Positions 49,446 to 62,878 of a stretch of 64,000 nt of DNA are shown here, piece after piece; within the stretch, counting starts at the first letter, position 1; the number at the start of each line of letters is the position of its first letter. The notes below the pieces were generated by a model, which saw only the letters and a program-made list of their open reading frames with translations, was not told where the DNA came from and did not search any database. The position numbers and the translations under genes were made by a program. Origin of the DNA: Chiloscyllium plagiosum (Eukaryota); contig NC_057749.1 in NCBI RefSeq assembly GCF_004010195.1, positions 22,092,045-22,156,044 on the forward strand, written 5' to 3'.

Positions 49446-49936
49446 CAAACTCCCATGAAGTTGGGTGTAAATCAACTCATTGTTTTTCAAGTAAATCTTT
49501 ATGCTCAAACTGCGGTTGATTCAGCCTTGAAATGCAGAAGCAATTTCCATCCATGTTTTGCTGTGGATGCCTTCATGGTCATGTTGAAAACCTCCATCAT
49601 GTTACTGGAGTATTGCAGTTTGCTTAGCATTACTTTCGACCCTTCTTGTTGGAAGGACCAGGGACTGAACTGCTGCTCTTAAAGCTCATGTCATCTCATC
49701 ATCTGGCAACAGGTCAAATATGTTGCATTAATTTGTTTTCACCAGTCTGTTCTGCTGCTCTTCAGTGGGAGTTCTCTCTTTTAGCCTAAGTGGGTCATAC
49801 TGCTCATTCTGTTTCCTCAGCATTTGCTTCTTTCCCAGTGAAGCAATTCTCTTCTGCCAACAATTAGGTCAATGGATTCTCTCTTTTATTCTCACCCTGG
49901 GCTCGTTGGCCAGCAGTGGTTTATTCCTGGACAGGA

Positions 49937-50233
49937 TTAGATTCCCGACAGTGTGGAATCAGGCCACTTGTCACAACAAGTCCACACCGACCCTCCGAAG
50001 AGTAACCCACCCTCTGGCTAATGCACCTAACAAGATGGGGCAACTTAGCATGGCCAACTCACCCGACCTGCACATCTTTGGATTGTGGGAGTAAACCGGA
50101 GCACCCGGAGGAAACCCACGCAGACACGGGGAGAATGTGCAAACTCCACACAGTCAGTTGCCTGAGGCGGGAATTCAACTTGAGGTCCTGGTGCTGTGAG
50201 GCAACAATGCTAACTGCTGTGCCCCCGTGCCAC
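49937..50233 (-). mobile_element. HE1-type V-SINE
   Basis: Reverse-complement match. Confidence 0.88.
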
Positions 50234-50814
50234 CCTGACGCCCTTTTGCAAATGAGTTGAACTTTTTCAGCTACCTCAGGGATGTTGAGGTGATGAGATG
50301 TGTACTGAATCAATACTGAGAAGGGTTGATTGTGAATTCCATATCTGTAATGAACTCTCTTTGTCTTATAGTGTTACTTGTAGAATACTTTTACTCTTGT
50401 CAGTCATTCGACCTGGCAAGTATAATTTCATCTCTGATATCCAAAAGATTGGCCCGGTTGCCTCTAAAGGTTTTTTTTTCTCCTTGCCTACAGGGTTCTT
50501 TAATGTTACTCAGGGAGCTCTGAAAGGTCATTCCTCAGATGGACAGCTAATCAGGGCTGTCTGTGCACACCCTTCATCTCTAAGGACCCTGCAATTATCA
50601 AGTGTGCCCATTCTGTCCTTCCTGCATTTCACACCAGCTCCAAGGTGAAGTTTTTGCCTGCAACTGCTCCTTATGCCCTGCCAACCCTCCCATGATCCTT
50701 GCTGCCTGGTCAAGCACTTGCAGCTGCTGTCTGCCTGTCCGAGCATTCTTAAAGTAGGAAGATCTTCAAAGCAATAAACTCACTTGCCTTCTAAAACAAT
50801 TTTCCCCTCGGGTC

Positions 50815-51548
50815 AAATCAGGGCAAGACTTAATGGTAGAGTCCTGAGGGGGGTTACCAAAACAAAGAGACCTTGAGGTGCAGGTTCACAGTTCCCTGCA
50901 GGTGGAGGCTCAGGTCAACAGGATAGTGAAGAAGGTGTTTGGTACACCTGCCTTTATTGGTCAATGCATTGAATACAGGAGTTGGGAGGTTATGTTGCGG
51001 CTGAACAGGACATTGGTTGGGCCACTTTTGGAATGTTGTGTTCAATGCTGGTCTCCCTGCTATAGAAAAGATGTTGTTCAATTTGAAAGGGTACAGAAAT
51101 GAATTACATGGATGCTGCTGGGGCTAGAGGGCTTGAGCCATGGGGAGAGGCTGAACAGGCTGGGGCTCTTTTCCCTGGAGCGTCGGAGGCTGAGGGGTGA
51201 CCTTATAGAGGTTTACAAAATTATGAGGGGCATGGATAGGGTAAATAGACAAGGTCTTTTTCTCAGGGTAGGGGGTCCAGAACTAGAGGGGATAGGTTTA
51301 GGGTGAGAGGGGCAAGGTTTTCATTCAGAAGGTAGTACGTGTATGGAATGAACTGCCAGAGGAAGAGGTGGTGTTGGTACAATTACAACATATATAAAGG
51401 TAGCTGATAGGTACACAAATAGGAAGGGTTTAGAAAGATTCAGATCAAATGTTGGCAAAGGGGACTAGATTCGGTTGGGATATCTGGTCAGCATAGGGGA
51501 GTTGGACAGAAGGGTCTGTTTCTGTGCTGTACATCTCCATAACTCGAT
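50815..51548 (+). mobile_element. CR1/HER1 3' fragment
   Basis: IEYRSWEVMLRL..LVGPLLECCVQCWSP; RRLRGDLIEVYKIM. Confidence 0.92.
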
Positions 51549-51849
51549 GGATATATTTCACCCTCATTATCTTGGGATATATAAAGCCCATTGCCAATCA
51601 CCACGTTCTATGCACTACAGCACCAACCACTGCCAGCTAATGATTTGGATATATCACCATCAACACTCCTCCTTTCTCCTCCTTAGAAAATAAACTTGGA
51701 TGTATTAAAGCACCCCTGATAGGGCACTGTAACAGAAGCAAAATCAAACGGTTTATGGAAGCTTATCAAAATAGAGTGGAAAATGATCAAAATCACACTG
51801 TCTGGAGTGATTTTATATTCCCATTCCTCCTTTCTCTACTGGGTCCACC

Positions 51850-52445
51850 CAACGCTTGGAGGAAGAACGCCTCATCTTCTACCTTGGAATCCTCCAACCA
51901 CACGGGGTTAATGTTGATTTCAAAAGTTTCCTCATCTCTCCTCTCCCCACCTTACCCCAGATAGAAGATAGAACATTACAGTGCCGTACAGGCCCTTCCG
52001 CACTCGACGTTGCACTGACCTGTGGAACCAATCTGAAGCCCATTCTCATCCATATGTTTATCCAATGACCCTTTAAATGCCCTTAAAAGTTGGCGAGCAC
52101 ACTACTGTTGCAGACAGTGCGTCCCACACCCCAACTACTCTCTGAGATCCTACCGTACTACACGGCATTGCCCTCTTACACTGTCCTACCTGTCCATCTT
52201 CCTTCCTACCTATCCACTCCTCCCTCCGCTCCAACCTATCATCACCCCCCACCCCCCCCACCCCACCTCCATCCACCTATGGCATTCCCAGCTATCTTCC
52301 CCAAGCCCCACCCACCTCCCATTGATCTCTCAGCCCCCTTGGCCCTCCCCCACATTCCTGATGAAGAGCCTATGCTCAAAACATCGACTCTCCTGCTCCG
52401 TGGTTGCTGCCTGACCTGCTGTGCTTTTCCAGCCTCTTTGACTCT
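51850..52445 (+). mobile_element. Penelope-like 3' portion with nested CR1 tail (about 51961-52145, minus strand)
   Basis: LEEERLIFYLGILQPHGVNVDF; decayed CTGATGA box near 52358. Confidence 0.85.
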
Positions 52446-53479
52446 GTAAATACAGGGTGACTTGGTGACCGGATACTGGCCCCTGTCCAGGTATTTCTCA
52501 GGGGTCTCGCCTGAATCCTTGTGAAACAAGCTTCAAGAAGGGCACCAGCATTTGTTCAACAGTCCCGCCCATGTCATCCAGAGAAAACAACAGGGGAATG
52601 GCTGGCGGAATTTCTTCCCAAAACATAATAGGAACTCAACTATTTCCTGGACTAAATGCTGTTGCGGACTGCTTTGGATTTTAACTGCAAAAGAGGCGAA
52701 GGCCAAAGAGTTAAAAATGTGTTAGCATCTGAATAAACTATTAGCAAAGGGAACCTGACAAGCCTGGCCTGACATTCCTGAATAAAACCCTCGTCACTCC
52801 CATGATTAATAATCACCAACTCTTGCGACTGATTGTTAACTGAACATTCTCTTCTCTCTCTGATGGATGAAAGAGTGAGCTGCTGATCAGATTATTTAAT
52901 TTCGCGCTGCTGACCTCTGGAAGTTTTCGCCCCATTCCATCACCTTCACAGCTGCTCAAGTTAATTGTTGGAAGCTAAATGTGAATTAATTCAGTCCGAG
53001 GTAATAATGAATGAAGCCCATTACTCTAAATACAGACTGGCTTGTGAAGGATCAGCAGCAAACGTTGAATGTAATCCCACTATCCAGTCACATTCCTCCC
53101 AATCCCTGCTTCGTGCAGCCTACACACGGATGCACAGTCTACACATTGTACGCGGTATCTCTGTAAATCCTACTCTCCAGCAGCATTGATTTAACAGCTT
53201 GACTGCTTCACAGTTACAATCACTTGACAGCGTTAATGGTTATGGGTGGGTGCTGGCCAGAAATGGTACTCTGGGAGCTGATATCTCAGTCACAAACACG
53301 ACCATTTTCAAATGCAGTTTGCAAATTACACCCACGGTCATGTCAGTCGTTTAAGTGGTATTGTATTTATAGCTAATTGCACTCTCTAATTATGGGTTAG
53401 CAACTCCTATACTGTCGAAACAAGTTTTTCTTTTTAATTAAATTAATAACAGGAGCAAGGTTTTCAAGCAAATGCGACT

Positions 53480-54110
53480 GAGACACATGCTCACTGTCAG
53501 ACACACACATGCACACACACACACGCACACCCACACACACACACACACACACACAAATATTGACAACGACGCTGTCAGTTTCTCTCTCTCTCACTCACAC
53601 ACACACAGACAGACATACAGACACAGACACAGACACAGACACACACCCGCACGTGCTCTCTCACACACACACACACACTCAAATATCGACACCGACGCTG
53701 TTGGTTTCTCTCTCTCTCACTCACACACACACAGACATACAGACACAGACACACACGCACAGTGTCAGACCAATAAACAGAGACACATACTGATCTACAC
53801 ACATAGTCACATGCACTCATTGTCAGACACACACACAAATATTGACACACAGTCAGACTGATACACACGTACACATGAGCACACACAAAGTTAGACTCAC
53901 ACATGCACACATACAGTCAGATTGACTCACACACACATATAGGCACATACCTAAACACACACACACAAAAACAGTCATACCAATGCAGACACACAGATAA
54001 ATACTGGTGCACACAGTCAGATTGACATACATACACACAGTCAGACTGGAAAACGCATATAGACACAGACTGATGCACACAATCAGACTGACATGCACAC
54101 ACACACACTC
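53480..54110. repeat. (CA)-rich compound microsatellite
   Basis: Composition. Confidence 0.95.
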
Positions 54111-54611
54111 CTCCAGATGCTTCCACTAGAATGTAAAAGGCACAGAGTGGCCTGTTCACCTATATAAGGTCTTTAACCTATCTATTAAAAATCACCTGCT
54201 GAAGGAAATATAAACTGGCATTCTTGAGGCTCAACGTAGCTTTTACTGCAGAAAGCAAGGAGACCTCCTGAGCTCAGGGATGACTGAGAGCTTCTCTAGG
54301 TGTTGTTCACAGCCCCAAATTGTTCTGCTTGCCGAGAACCAATCACATAGCTGTTGGCAGGCAGAAGGCCTTTGTTATCAATAACAGGTCACTAGTCCAC
54401 AGTCAATCAACTACTTGTTGCCAACAAAAGCTCCATTTGTACACAACACCTTGACTCCAGTTCACCTGCACACTAAACTTCAATTCCTGCTTCACCAAAC
54501 AGCTGTGTAAACAATGCCTGCCATGAGTGTCAGGTTACTTGCTTTTAAAAATGTAGCAAACCTCGGGGAATCCTTGGATTTTAAAAAAGTTTTCAGTCAG
54601 CAGTCAAATAA

Positions 54612-54916
54612 AGAGTGTGTGTGAGTGAGTCAGTAATTATGTGTGAGTGAGTCAGTCAGTGTGTGTGTGTGAGTAAGTGTGTGTGTGAGTCAGCCAGTGT
54701 GTGTGTGTGTGTGTGAGTCAGCCAGTGTGTGTGAGTGAGTCAGTGTGTGTGTGTGAGAATAAGTGTGTGTGAGTGAGTCAGTGTGTGTGTGAGTGAGTGA
54801 GTGTGTGAGTGAGTCAGTGTGTGTGTGAGTGTGTGTGAGTGAGTGAGTGTGAGTGAGCCAGTGTGTGTGTGTGTGTGTGTGTGAGAGAGTAAGTGTGTGT
54901 GTGAGTGAGTGAGTGT
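54612..54916. repeat. (GT)/(GAGT) compound microsatellite
   Basis: Composition; reverse complement of blocks within 56050-56600. Confidence 0.95.
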
Positions 54917-54929
54917 TTGGAGAAGACTG

Positions 54930-55720
54930 AGTCTGAGTCAATCCTCAAAAGGAGAAGGTCACACACCAATTCCATGTTTAGACCTCCAAGTCTTTGGTCA
55001 GTGACTGTGACACTTTCCTAACAAGAAGTAACAGGAGTGGACCACAGTCTCCTGGAGCGGAGTTGGGGGATGGTGTCGGGTTTGGAGCGAATTCTGGTCG
55101 TGGCTGGTGGGAAGATCTTCGCCTAGTTGGCATCTGGATGGATCCCTGGGGCTCAATGCATTCCTTCAGGGTGGCCTTTAAGTTTCCCTTTACTTGTATC
55201 GGATTGACGCCGTCAACCGCCAGTTGCAGGTCGCTGGTGGGAGTTTGGGCGTTGTTTTGGAGGTTAAGTACCTGCCAAACATACCATCCATCTCAGACAC
55301 CAAAATGGCAGGGTGTCCTCAAGCCCGTTGAAATGGCGACTAAATAGATGGAGAACCAGGGCAGGTGCTTGCTCGGATGTTCACTTGACTGCAATTCTGA
55401 TTGGGAAAGACTTCAGAATCCAGTCCGGAATGAAGAACGGAGTCTGTCCTTTCATCGTGGCGAGAATGCACCATCTGTTTCTGCGCAGCCAGCTGGTGTG
55501 ACCCCGGACCAAACAGAGAGCTTCCCCTGAGTCGAAAGCCTTTGTCAGATCGATCGAAAACTCCTTTTGCCCAGGGTGTTGTCTTCGATTTGGCACCGTC
55601 ATGTCCCACGATCCTCACGATAGGGTTCCAGCAGGTGCAAGCACAAGAAGGACAAGTTGGTGTCCAGTGGGATTGGGGTGGAGGTCCCGATGACGGTGAA
55701 TGTAAGATCGCTGGCTCCCC
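54930..55720 (-). mobile_element. Highly decayed RTE-clade LINE RT fragment
   Basis: SIDLTKAFDS; FPIRIAVK (GVKQG region); DLQLAVD (YADD region). Confidence 0.65.
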
Positions 55721-56039
55721 AGTTCTCACATTCAGCCCAACTTCACTCTGTGAAAATCCAGACAAATCCCAGCACCATGCCTTCATACCAGATAGTCCTG
55801 AAGCATAAGTCCAGGCCTTGTATAACTGTCCCAGAAGGATAGATCTCCGCTGGGGCAGTATCCAGGCCAGCAGCAATGGTGGGATGGATTTTGTCCCGGG
55901 ACCTGGCTCACTGGGGATTGCCCACTGGACTGGTGGTGCACGGAGTTGGGGCAGACTCCAAAACCATCGCCCAGTGATTGAGAAGAGCCTCAAAGTGCTC
56001 TCTCTATCTGGGCCTGGAGTAGTCAGTGTCTGTGAAACT

Positions 56040-57405
56040 CATACAATAACACTCACTCACTCACACACACTTACTCTCTCACACACACACACACACACTG
56101 ACTCACTCACACACACTTACTCACACACACACAGACTCACTCACACACACTTACTCTCACACACACACTGACTCACTCACACACACATACTCACACACAC
56201 ACAACACTCACAAACACTCATACACATTCACACATATGCACACACATATGCCCACACACTCTNNNNNNNNNNNNNNNNNNNNNNNNNNNNNNNNNNNNNN
56301 NNNNNNNNNNNNNNNNNNNNNNNNNNNNNNNNNNNNNNNNNNNNNNNNNNNNNNNNNNNNNNNNNNNNNNNNNNNNNNNNNNNNNNNNNNNNNNNNNNNN
56401 NNNNACTCACACACACACTGACTCACTCACACACTCACTCACTCACACACACACTGACTCACTCACACACACTTATTCTCACACACACACACTGACTCAC
56501 TCACACACACTGGCTGACTCACACACACACACACACACTGGCTGACTCACACACACACTTACTTACACACACACACTGACTGACTCACTCACACACTTAC
56601 ACACACACACTGACTGACTCACTCACACACACACTGACTGACTCACTCACACACACACTGACTGACTCACTCACACACACACTGACTGACTCACTCACAC
56701 ACACACTGACTGACTCACTCACACACACACTGACTGACTCACTCACACACACACTGACTGACTCACTCACACACACACTGACTGACTCACTCACACACAC
56801 ACTGACTGACTCACTCACACACACACTGACTGACTCACTCACACACACACTGACTGACTCACTCACACACACACTGACTGACTCACTCACACACACACAT
56901 TGACTCACTCACACTTACACACACATTGACTGACTCAGACACACATTTACACATTCACACACACTGACTGACTCACTTACACACACAGACTGACTCACAC
57001 ACACATTGACTGACTGACTCAATCACTCAGTTACTCACTCACACACACACTGACTGACTCACTCACACACACACACTGACTGACTCTCTTACTCATTCAC
57101 TCACACACTGACTCACTTACTCAGTCATTCACTCACAGTCAGACACACACATACAGTCTCACACATATACTGAGACACATACAGACACACATATTGACTG
57201 AGACATACACTGACAAACAGACACACACACACAGCCAAACAGATTGAGACACACACATTCAGACACTCATTCACTCAGACGGAGACACTGACTCATATTC
57301 AAATTCTCTCTCTTTCTCTCTCAGACACACACACAGACTGAGACACTCATTCATTCAGATTGAGAGTCACACATAGTCATACAATGACTCAAACAAGCAC
57401 ACACA
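56040..57405. repeat. (CA)/(CTCA) compound microsatellite with a perfect 24-bp array (about 56600-56895) and a gap (56263-56404)
   Basis: Unit CTGACTGACTCACTCACACACACA. Confidence 0.95.
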
Positions 57406-58889
57406 TTAGCTCACCCTCAGACTGACACACACTGTCACAATAATAATATCCAGATACAACTGGCTGCACCTGAGGAGGGGAGGTTTTGAGGGGCTGAGTG
57501 AGTCTGAAGGGTTTTCAAGTAAGATGGGGCAGATTCGGATAGAGTTTACAGTGAGGATGAAGAGTATGTGGGGGGTGTCAGAGTTGGGCAGAGGGTGGCA
57601 AAGAGGTTTACTGCTGTACAATTTATTTTATTGCGAAAAAATATGTTATTCACAAATTACCTATAAGTACAAAAGCTCCAAAGCAGTTCAATACAGACTT
57701 CGCAAAAAACAAGGTAGAATTTTGACATTCTTCCTCAAAACATCAATCCAGTTGCAACGATACAGGGCGCTTTCTAACCGTACAGGAAACGGTTTACTTT
57801 CCCACTCAGCCAATGAAGGAATCCGAAACCCTCGTTATATTTTGGCCTTTCCCACTATGCTTGTTTTTCACTCTGTCTCCTGAGTGAGGGCGCTTGCAGG
57901 GAATCAGTGGGCTGAATGGCCTCCGTGTGCTCTGTGAATATTCTGCGATGGACTCTGAAGCCCACCAGCACCAAACCATCACCGCGACGCAAGGAACCAA
58001 ATCAAAACGCTGGTTGGTTTTGGAGTGCGCCACCCTCATGTGTTTCAAAACCTCCCAGAGACTCGCAATGTCTCACTGAGGAACTGAGGCTACAGGTCAC
58101 ACTCTTGACTTTGAAGTTGAAAATTGCAGAAACAAAGGGATGGATATTGTGGGCAATCAATCAGAGGTGATTCACTGTGAAACACTTCCCACAATTAAGC
58201 CATCAACCAAATCAAGATTAAAGATGTCAATGTGACCAATCTTATTTAATCCAATCATGTGGATAGGGGCTGCATCTCCCACAGTTTACGCAGAACAAGA
58301 CTTGATCAAAATGCCCTGTGCGTTTATTATAAGCAGAGCTGTGGTCCTGACAGATGAATATGTAGCTTGCTTTGAGAAACTGGATGATGAGGGAACACTA
58401 ATTGCACGTTTGGGTGGACGAACTCTCAATTTTGGGAAGTTTTCGATCGCAGCTACCTCATGTAAACAGTTGACAATTTGTAGCAATTTTCTGATAGTTA
58501 TTGGAGTTTGTTACGAAGGGGCAGTTTAGATAAGATATATCACTTAATTAGACAAAGAGAGTGTGACCATGAGAGATGAGAATATTTCATCGATCCTGTA
58601 GCTATCCTGTAGAACGGAGAAGGAGAGGTGGTGGTTTCGACGCGGGGAAGTGTTCATCTCTGACATTGTGCAGTCTTCAGTAACAGTCTTTGATGATGAC
58701 AGTCTTTGTCCTTCCTGACGTGGAGGAACTCATGATCTTCTCCCAAGAAGGTGATTGGCTGGTTTCCCAGGATCCTCTCTGTCCCTCTTTCCCTACCCTT
58801 CCCTGTTGATAAACCTTACTTTAGGAGCTGACAATGTGTTCAACCACTTGTCTAAACTCTCTTGGGCAATGACCATGGGTAGCTCCTCT

Positions 58890-59128
58890 TAGTCTAGATC
58901 AGAGTGGTGCTGGAAAAGTACAGCAGTTCAGGCAGCATTCGTGGAGCAGGAAAATCGACGTTTCGGGCAAAAGCCCTTCATCAGGAATAGAGGCAGGGAG
59001 CCTCCATGGTGGAGAGATAAGTTGGGGGGGGAGGGGGGAGCAGGGGAGAAGGTAGCAAAGAGTACAATAGGTGGATGGGGGTGGGGATGGTGGTGATAGG
59101 TCAGAGAGGAGGGTGGGAGAAGGTAGCA
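58890..59128 (-). mobile_element. PLE pLTR fragment with intact hammerhead core (58957-58984)
   Basis: Minus strand ATTCCTGATGAAGGGCTTTTGCCCGAAACGTCGATT. Confidence 0.85.
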
Positions 59129-59744
59129 CTGTCCCCTGACCACCGTCCCCTTGCCCATTTGAAGGTTAATCTTCATTCCTTCTAAGAACAAAGCTTCCTT
59201 ATTTTCCCAAATGCTGCACTCATACTAGAGTTGTCCCTATTATGTCTGATAGGATAAGTCTTTTGTTCTGTTTATTGAAGGCTAGTTACTGTAATCCAGT
59301 GAAATGAGGAATCAGGCTACACAGGGAACGCTAAACTTGGAAAGCATGAAGAGAACACAGTCTTAAAGGGACCCCGGTTCCCAACAGAACACATTCCAGA
59401 CCCAGAGCTGGCTTGTGAAGGATAAACTGTTCAACATTTTCCAAGCAGCTCCAATCTCCGAGCTCTTTGTAAGGTCAGAGTAACATTCCACTCATGATGT
59501 AAATCTCTCACTCCCTCCTCCCTGTCACCTCAGAACAAATTGTCACAGGGACCACTCCTCAGTCAAGCCCCAATTTGCAAATAGCTAAACCCACAGCCTG
59601 GGCTCAAATCCCAATTTGCAACAAACCTTAGGAGCAAAACAGTAATAGCAGCAGAAGGAGACCATTCAGCCCTTGAAGACCACTCTCCTATTCAATTGGA
59701 TTATGGTTAATCATCTACGTCAATGCCATTTCCCGCCCTATCCT

Positions 59745-60153
59745 GACATAGGGAGAGGCTGAATAAGCTGGGGTTGTTTTCCCAGGAGCATCGGAGGCTG
59801 AGGGGTGACCTTATAGAGGTTTATAGAATCACAAGGGGCATGGATAGGGTGAATAGACAAGGTCTTTGCCCTGGGGTGAGGGAGTCCAGAACTAGAGGGC
59901 ATAGGTTTAGGATGAGAGGGGAAAGATTTAAAAGGGACCTAAGGGGCAACAGAGGGTGGTGCGTGTATGGAATGAGCTGCCAGAGGAAGTGGCGGAGGCT
60001 GGTACAATTACAACATTTAAAAGGCAGCTGGATGGGAACATGAATAGGAAGGTTTGGAGGAATATTGGCCTAGTGTTGGCAAATGGAACTAGATCAGTTT
60101 GGGATATCTGGTCGGCATGAATAAGTTGGACCGAATGGGCTCTGTGACTCTAT
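59745..60153 (+). mobile_element. CR1/HER1 3' fragment
   Basis: RRLRGDLIEVYRITRGMDRV. Confidence 0.9.
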
Positions 60154-60539
60154 CTCCTGATCTCTTGCATTTCTAAAGTTCAATCGACTTATGTTAAACA
60201 TTCCCAATGTCACCTCCACAGCCCTCTGCATTCGAGAATTTCAAAGATTCACAACCTCTCTGTTACAAAATCCCTCCCTATCTCAGTCCTGAATGGCTTG
60301 TCCTTTTATTTTGAGGCTCTGCCCTCTGATTCTAGGCCCCTTCCATTCAAGGACTCATCCTTGCTGCATCCATTCCAATGGGACCTGTAAATAACTGTGC
60401 ATGGCTGAGATCACCTCTCATTCACTCAAACTGGAGGGAATATGGGCCCACCATAATAACAGCACTGTCACTCAGAATAACATCATGGCCAAGACTGTCA
60501 ACTGTCACAAAAAAAAACACTGACTTCACCCCATGTCCT

Positions 60540-60872
60540 TTAGAATCATAGAGTCCCAACTGAATGGAAGCAGGCCATTCGGCCCATCGGGTATATAGCG
60601 ACCTCTGAGGAGCATCCCATGCAGATCCACCTCTCTACCCTGCCCCTCTAACCCTGCATTTCCCATGGCTAACCCACCCAGCCTGCACATCCCATGGCCA
60701 ATCCACCCAAACCTGTCCATCGAGTCACAGAGTCATACAGCACGATTGAGACCCTTCGGCCCAACCAGTCCATGCCAAACATAATCCCAAACTATATAAG
60801 TCGCCCCCGTCTGCATCTTTGGACTGTGGGAGGAAACCGGAGCACCCGGAGGAAACCCACATAGACGCGGGG
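60540..60872 (-). mobile_element. HE1 SINE and CR1 tail mosaic
   Basis: V-domain piece TGGACTGTGGGAGGAAACCGGAGCACCCGG and two tails. Confidence 0.7.
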
Positions 60873-61412
60873 ACGCGGCCAACATCTCTGTCTCGGGCTT
60901 GCTGCAGTGCTCCAGTGAAGCTCAGCACAAGCTGGAAGAACAGCATCTCATTTTCAGCTCAGAAACCTGGTCAGCATGAACAAGTTGGGCCGAAGGGCCT
61001 GTTTCCTCAGGACCGTGCAACCTTCAGGACTCAGTATCGAATTCAACAGTTTGAAAGCTTTAGCACTTTTTCCAGGTCCTTACCCCAACCTCAACACACC
61101 AGGCCCTGTCAGCACATGTACTGTTTCCACATATAATCCACTGTCAGGCACTAATAGCTCCCATTAGCGGCTATTCATTCCCGCAGACTGACCTTTACCC
61201 AGTCCTTGGTCTGCCCAATTGTTTTTCTCCTCTCTCTCTCTCTCTCTCTCGGGTCTATCTCCCCTCCTCCAACCCCTTCTGTAGCAATAATACTGACCTT
61301 TTCCCAGCTACAATCAGTCCCGAAGAAAGGTTCACTAGTCACGAAACACTGACTCTACTTTCTTTCAGCCCAGACCTGCTGAGCTTTTCCAGCAATTTCT
61401 GATTTTGTTTAA
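60873..61412 (+). mobile_element. Penelope-like 3' portion, older subfamily
   Basis: NISVSGLLQCSSEAQHKLEEQHLIF; decayed hammerhead box near 61320. Confidence 0.8.
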
Positions 61413-61809
61413 GGGTGAGCCGGATGAATACAGAAGGAGAAAGGAATAGGAGGAATCTGCACAAACTAGTTGGGGCAAATGGCCTGTTCTTGTACTGTAA
61501 ATTCTCTGTAATGCTAACTAATGTTTCCTGTTGGTCAGGGGGCCAAGACGAGGGGCTCAATGTTAAAGTAAGGAGCAGGAGGTTTGGGGAGGATGTGATG
61601 AAAGGAAATTTCTCCCATATAATGCTGAGTATCAGGAACTCAGTTCCTATAAGGAACCTTCAAGATGTTTAAGAACTACATTGATGAGCACTTGGAAGAC
61701 CACCACAGCAACAACACTCCACCCCCCCCACCCCACCCCACCCCACAAGACTCAGCGCAAATTACTGGAACAGATCAGCAATTGATGGCCTGCGTAGACA
61801 GGATGAGCC

Positions 61810-62750
61810 TGAGAGTCACCATGGAAACAGATCCTTTGGCCCAACACGTTCAGGTTTCCTAACCTGAACTAGTCCCATTTGTCAGCATTTGACCCATAAC
61901 CCTCTGAACCCTTTCTAATCATGTGACCATCCAGATGCCTTTTAAATGTTGTAATTGTACCCAATTCCACCACTTTCTCTGGCAGCTCATTCCATACACG
62001 CACCACCCTCTGCGTGAAAAAGTCACCCCTAAGGACTCTTTTAAATCTCCATCTTGACTTAGACTCACAGAGACGTACAGCATGGAAACAGACCCTCTGG
62101 TCCAACTTGTCCATGCCGACCAGATATCCTAAATTAATCTAGTCCCATTTGCCAGCATTTGGCCCCTATCCCTCCAAACCCTTCCTATTCATATACCCAT
62201 CCAGTTGCCTTTTAAATGTTGCAATTGTACCAGCCTCCACCACTTCCTCTGGCAGCTCATTCCATACACGTACCACCCTCTGTGTGAAAAAGTTGTCCCT
62301 CAGTTCGCTTTTAAATCTTTTCCCTCTCACCTTAAACCTATGCCCTTTAGTTCTGGACTCCCCTGCCTTAGGAAAAAGACCTTGGCTGTTCATCCTATCC
62401 AGCCCCTCATGATTTTATAAACCTCTATAAGGTTACCCCTCAACATCTGACATTCCAGGGAAAATAGCCCCAGCCTATTCAACCTCACCCTGTACCTCAA
62501 ACCCTCTAATCCCAATAACATTTTTTGTCAATGCTTTCTGCACCTTTTCCAGTTTATTAATATCCTTCCTATAGCAGGAAGAACAGAACAGTAAACAATA
62601 TTCCAAAAATGGCCTAACTAATGTCCTGTACAGCCGCAACATGACCTCCCAACTCCTGTTCCCATAACACTGACTGATGAAGCAAAGATACCAAGTGCCT
62701 TCTTCACCACCCTGTCGACCTGTGATGCCAGGAACTGTGAACCTCCAACC
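61810..62750 (-). mobile_element. Two adjacent CR1/HER1 3' fragments (61810-62050 and 62062-62750)
   Basis: FFTQRVVRVWNELP occurs twice; LYRTLVRPFLEYC. Confidence 0.9.
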
Positions 62751-62781
62751 CATGTCTCCCTGTTTTCCTAGACTATAAAAA

Positions 62782-62878
62782 CTCCTGATGAAGGGCTTTT
62801 GCCCGAAACATCGATTTTCCTGCTCCTGGGATGCTGCCTGACCTGCTGTGCTTTTCCAGCACCACTCTAATCTAGACT
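62782..62878 (+). mobile_element. Short PLE derivative with hammerhead core
   Basis: CTGATGAAGGGCTTTTGCCCGAAACATC at 62785-62812. Confidence 0.85.

Noticed and set aside
57620..58660. Possible decayed L1/Tx1 ORF2 pieces
   Set aside because: A T-rich end and vague similarity only; I could not verify a diagnostic motif.
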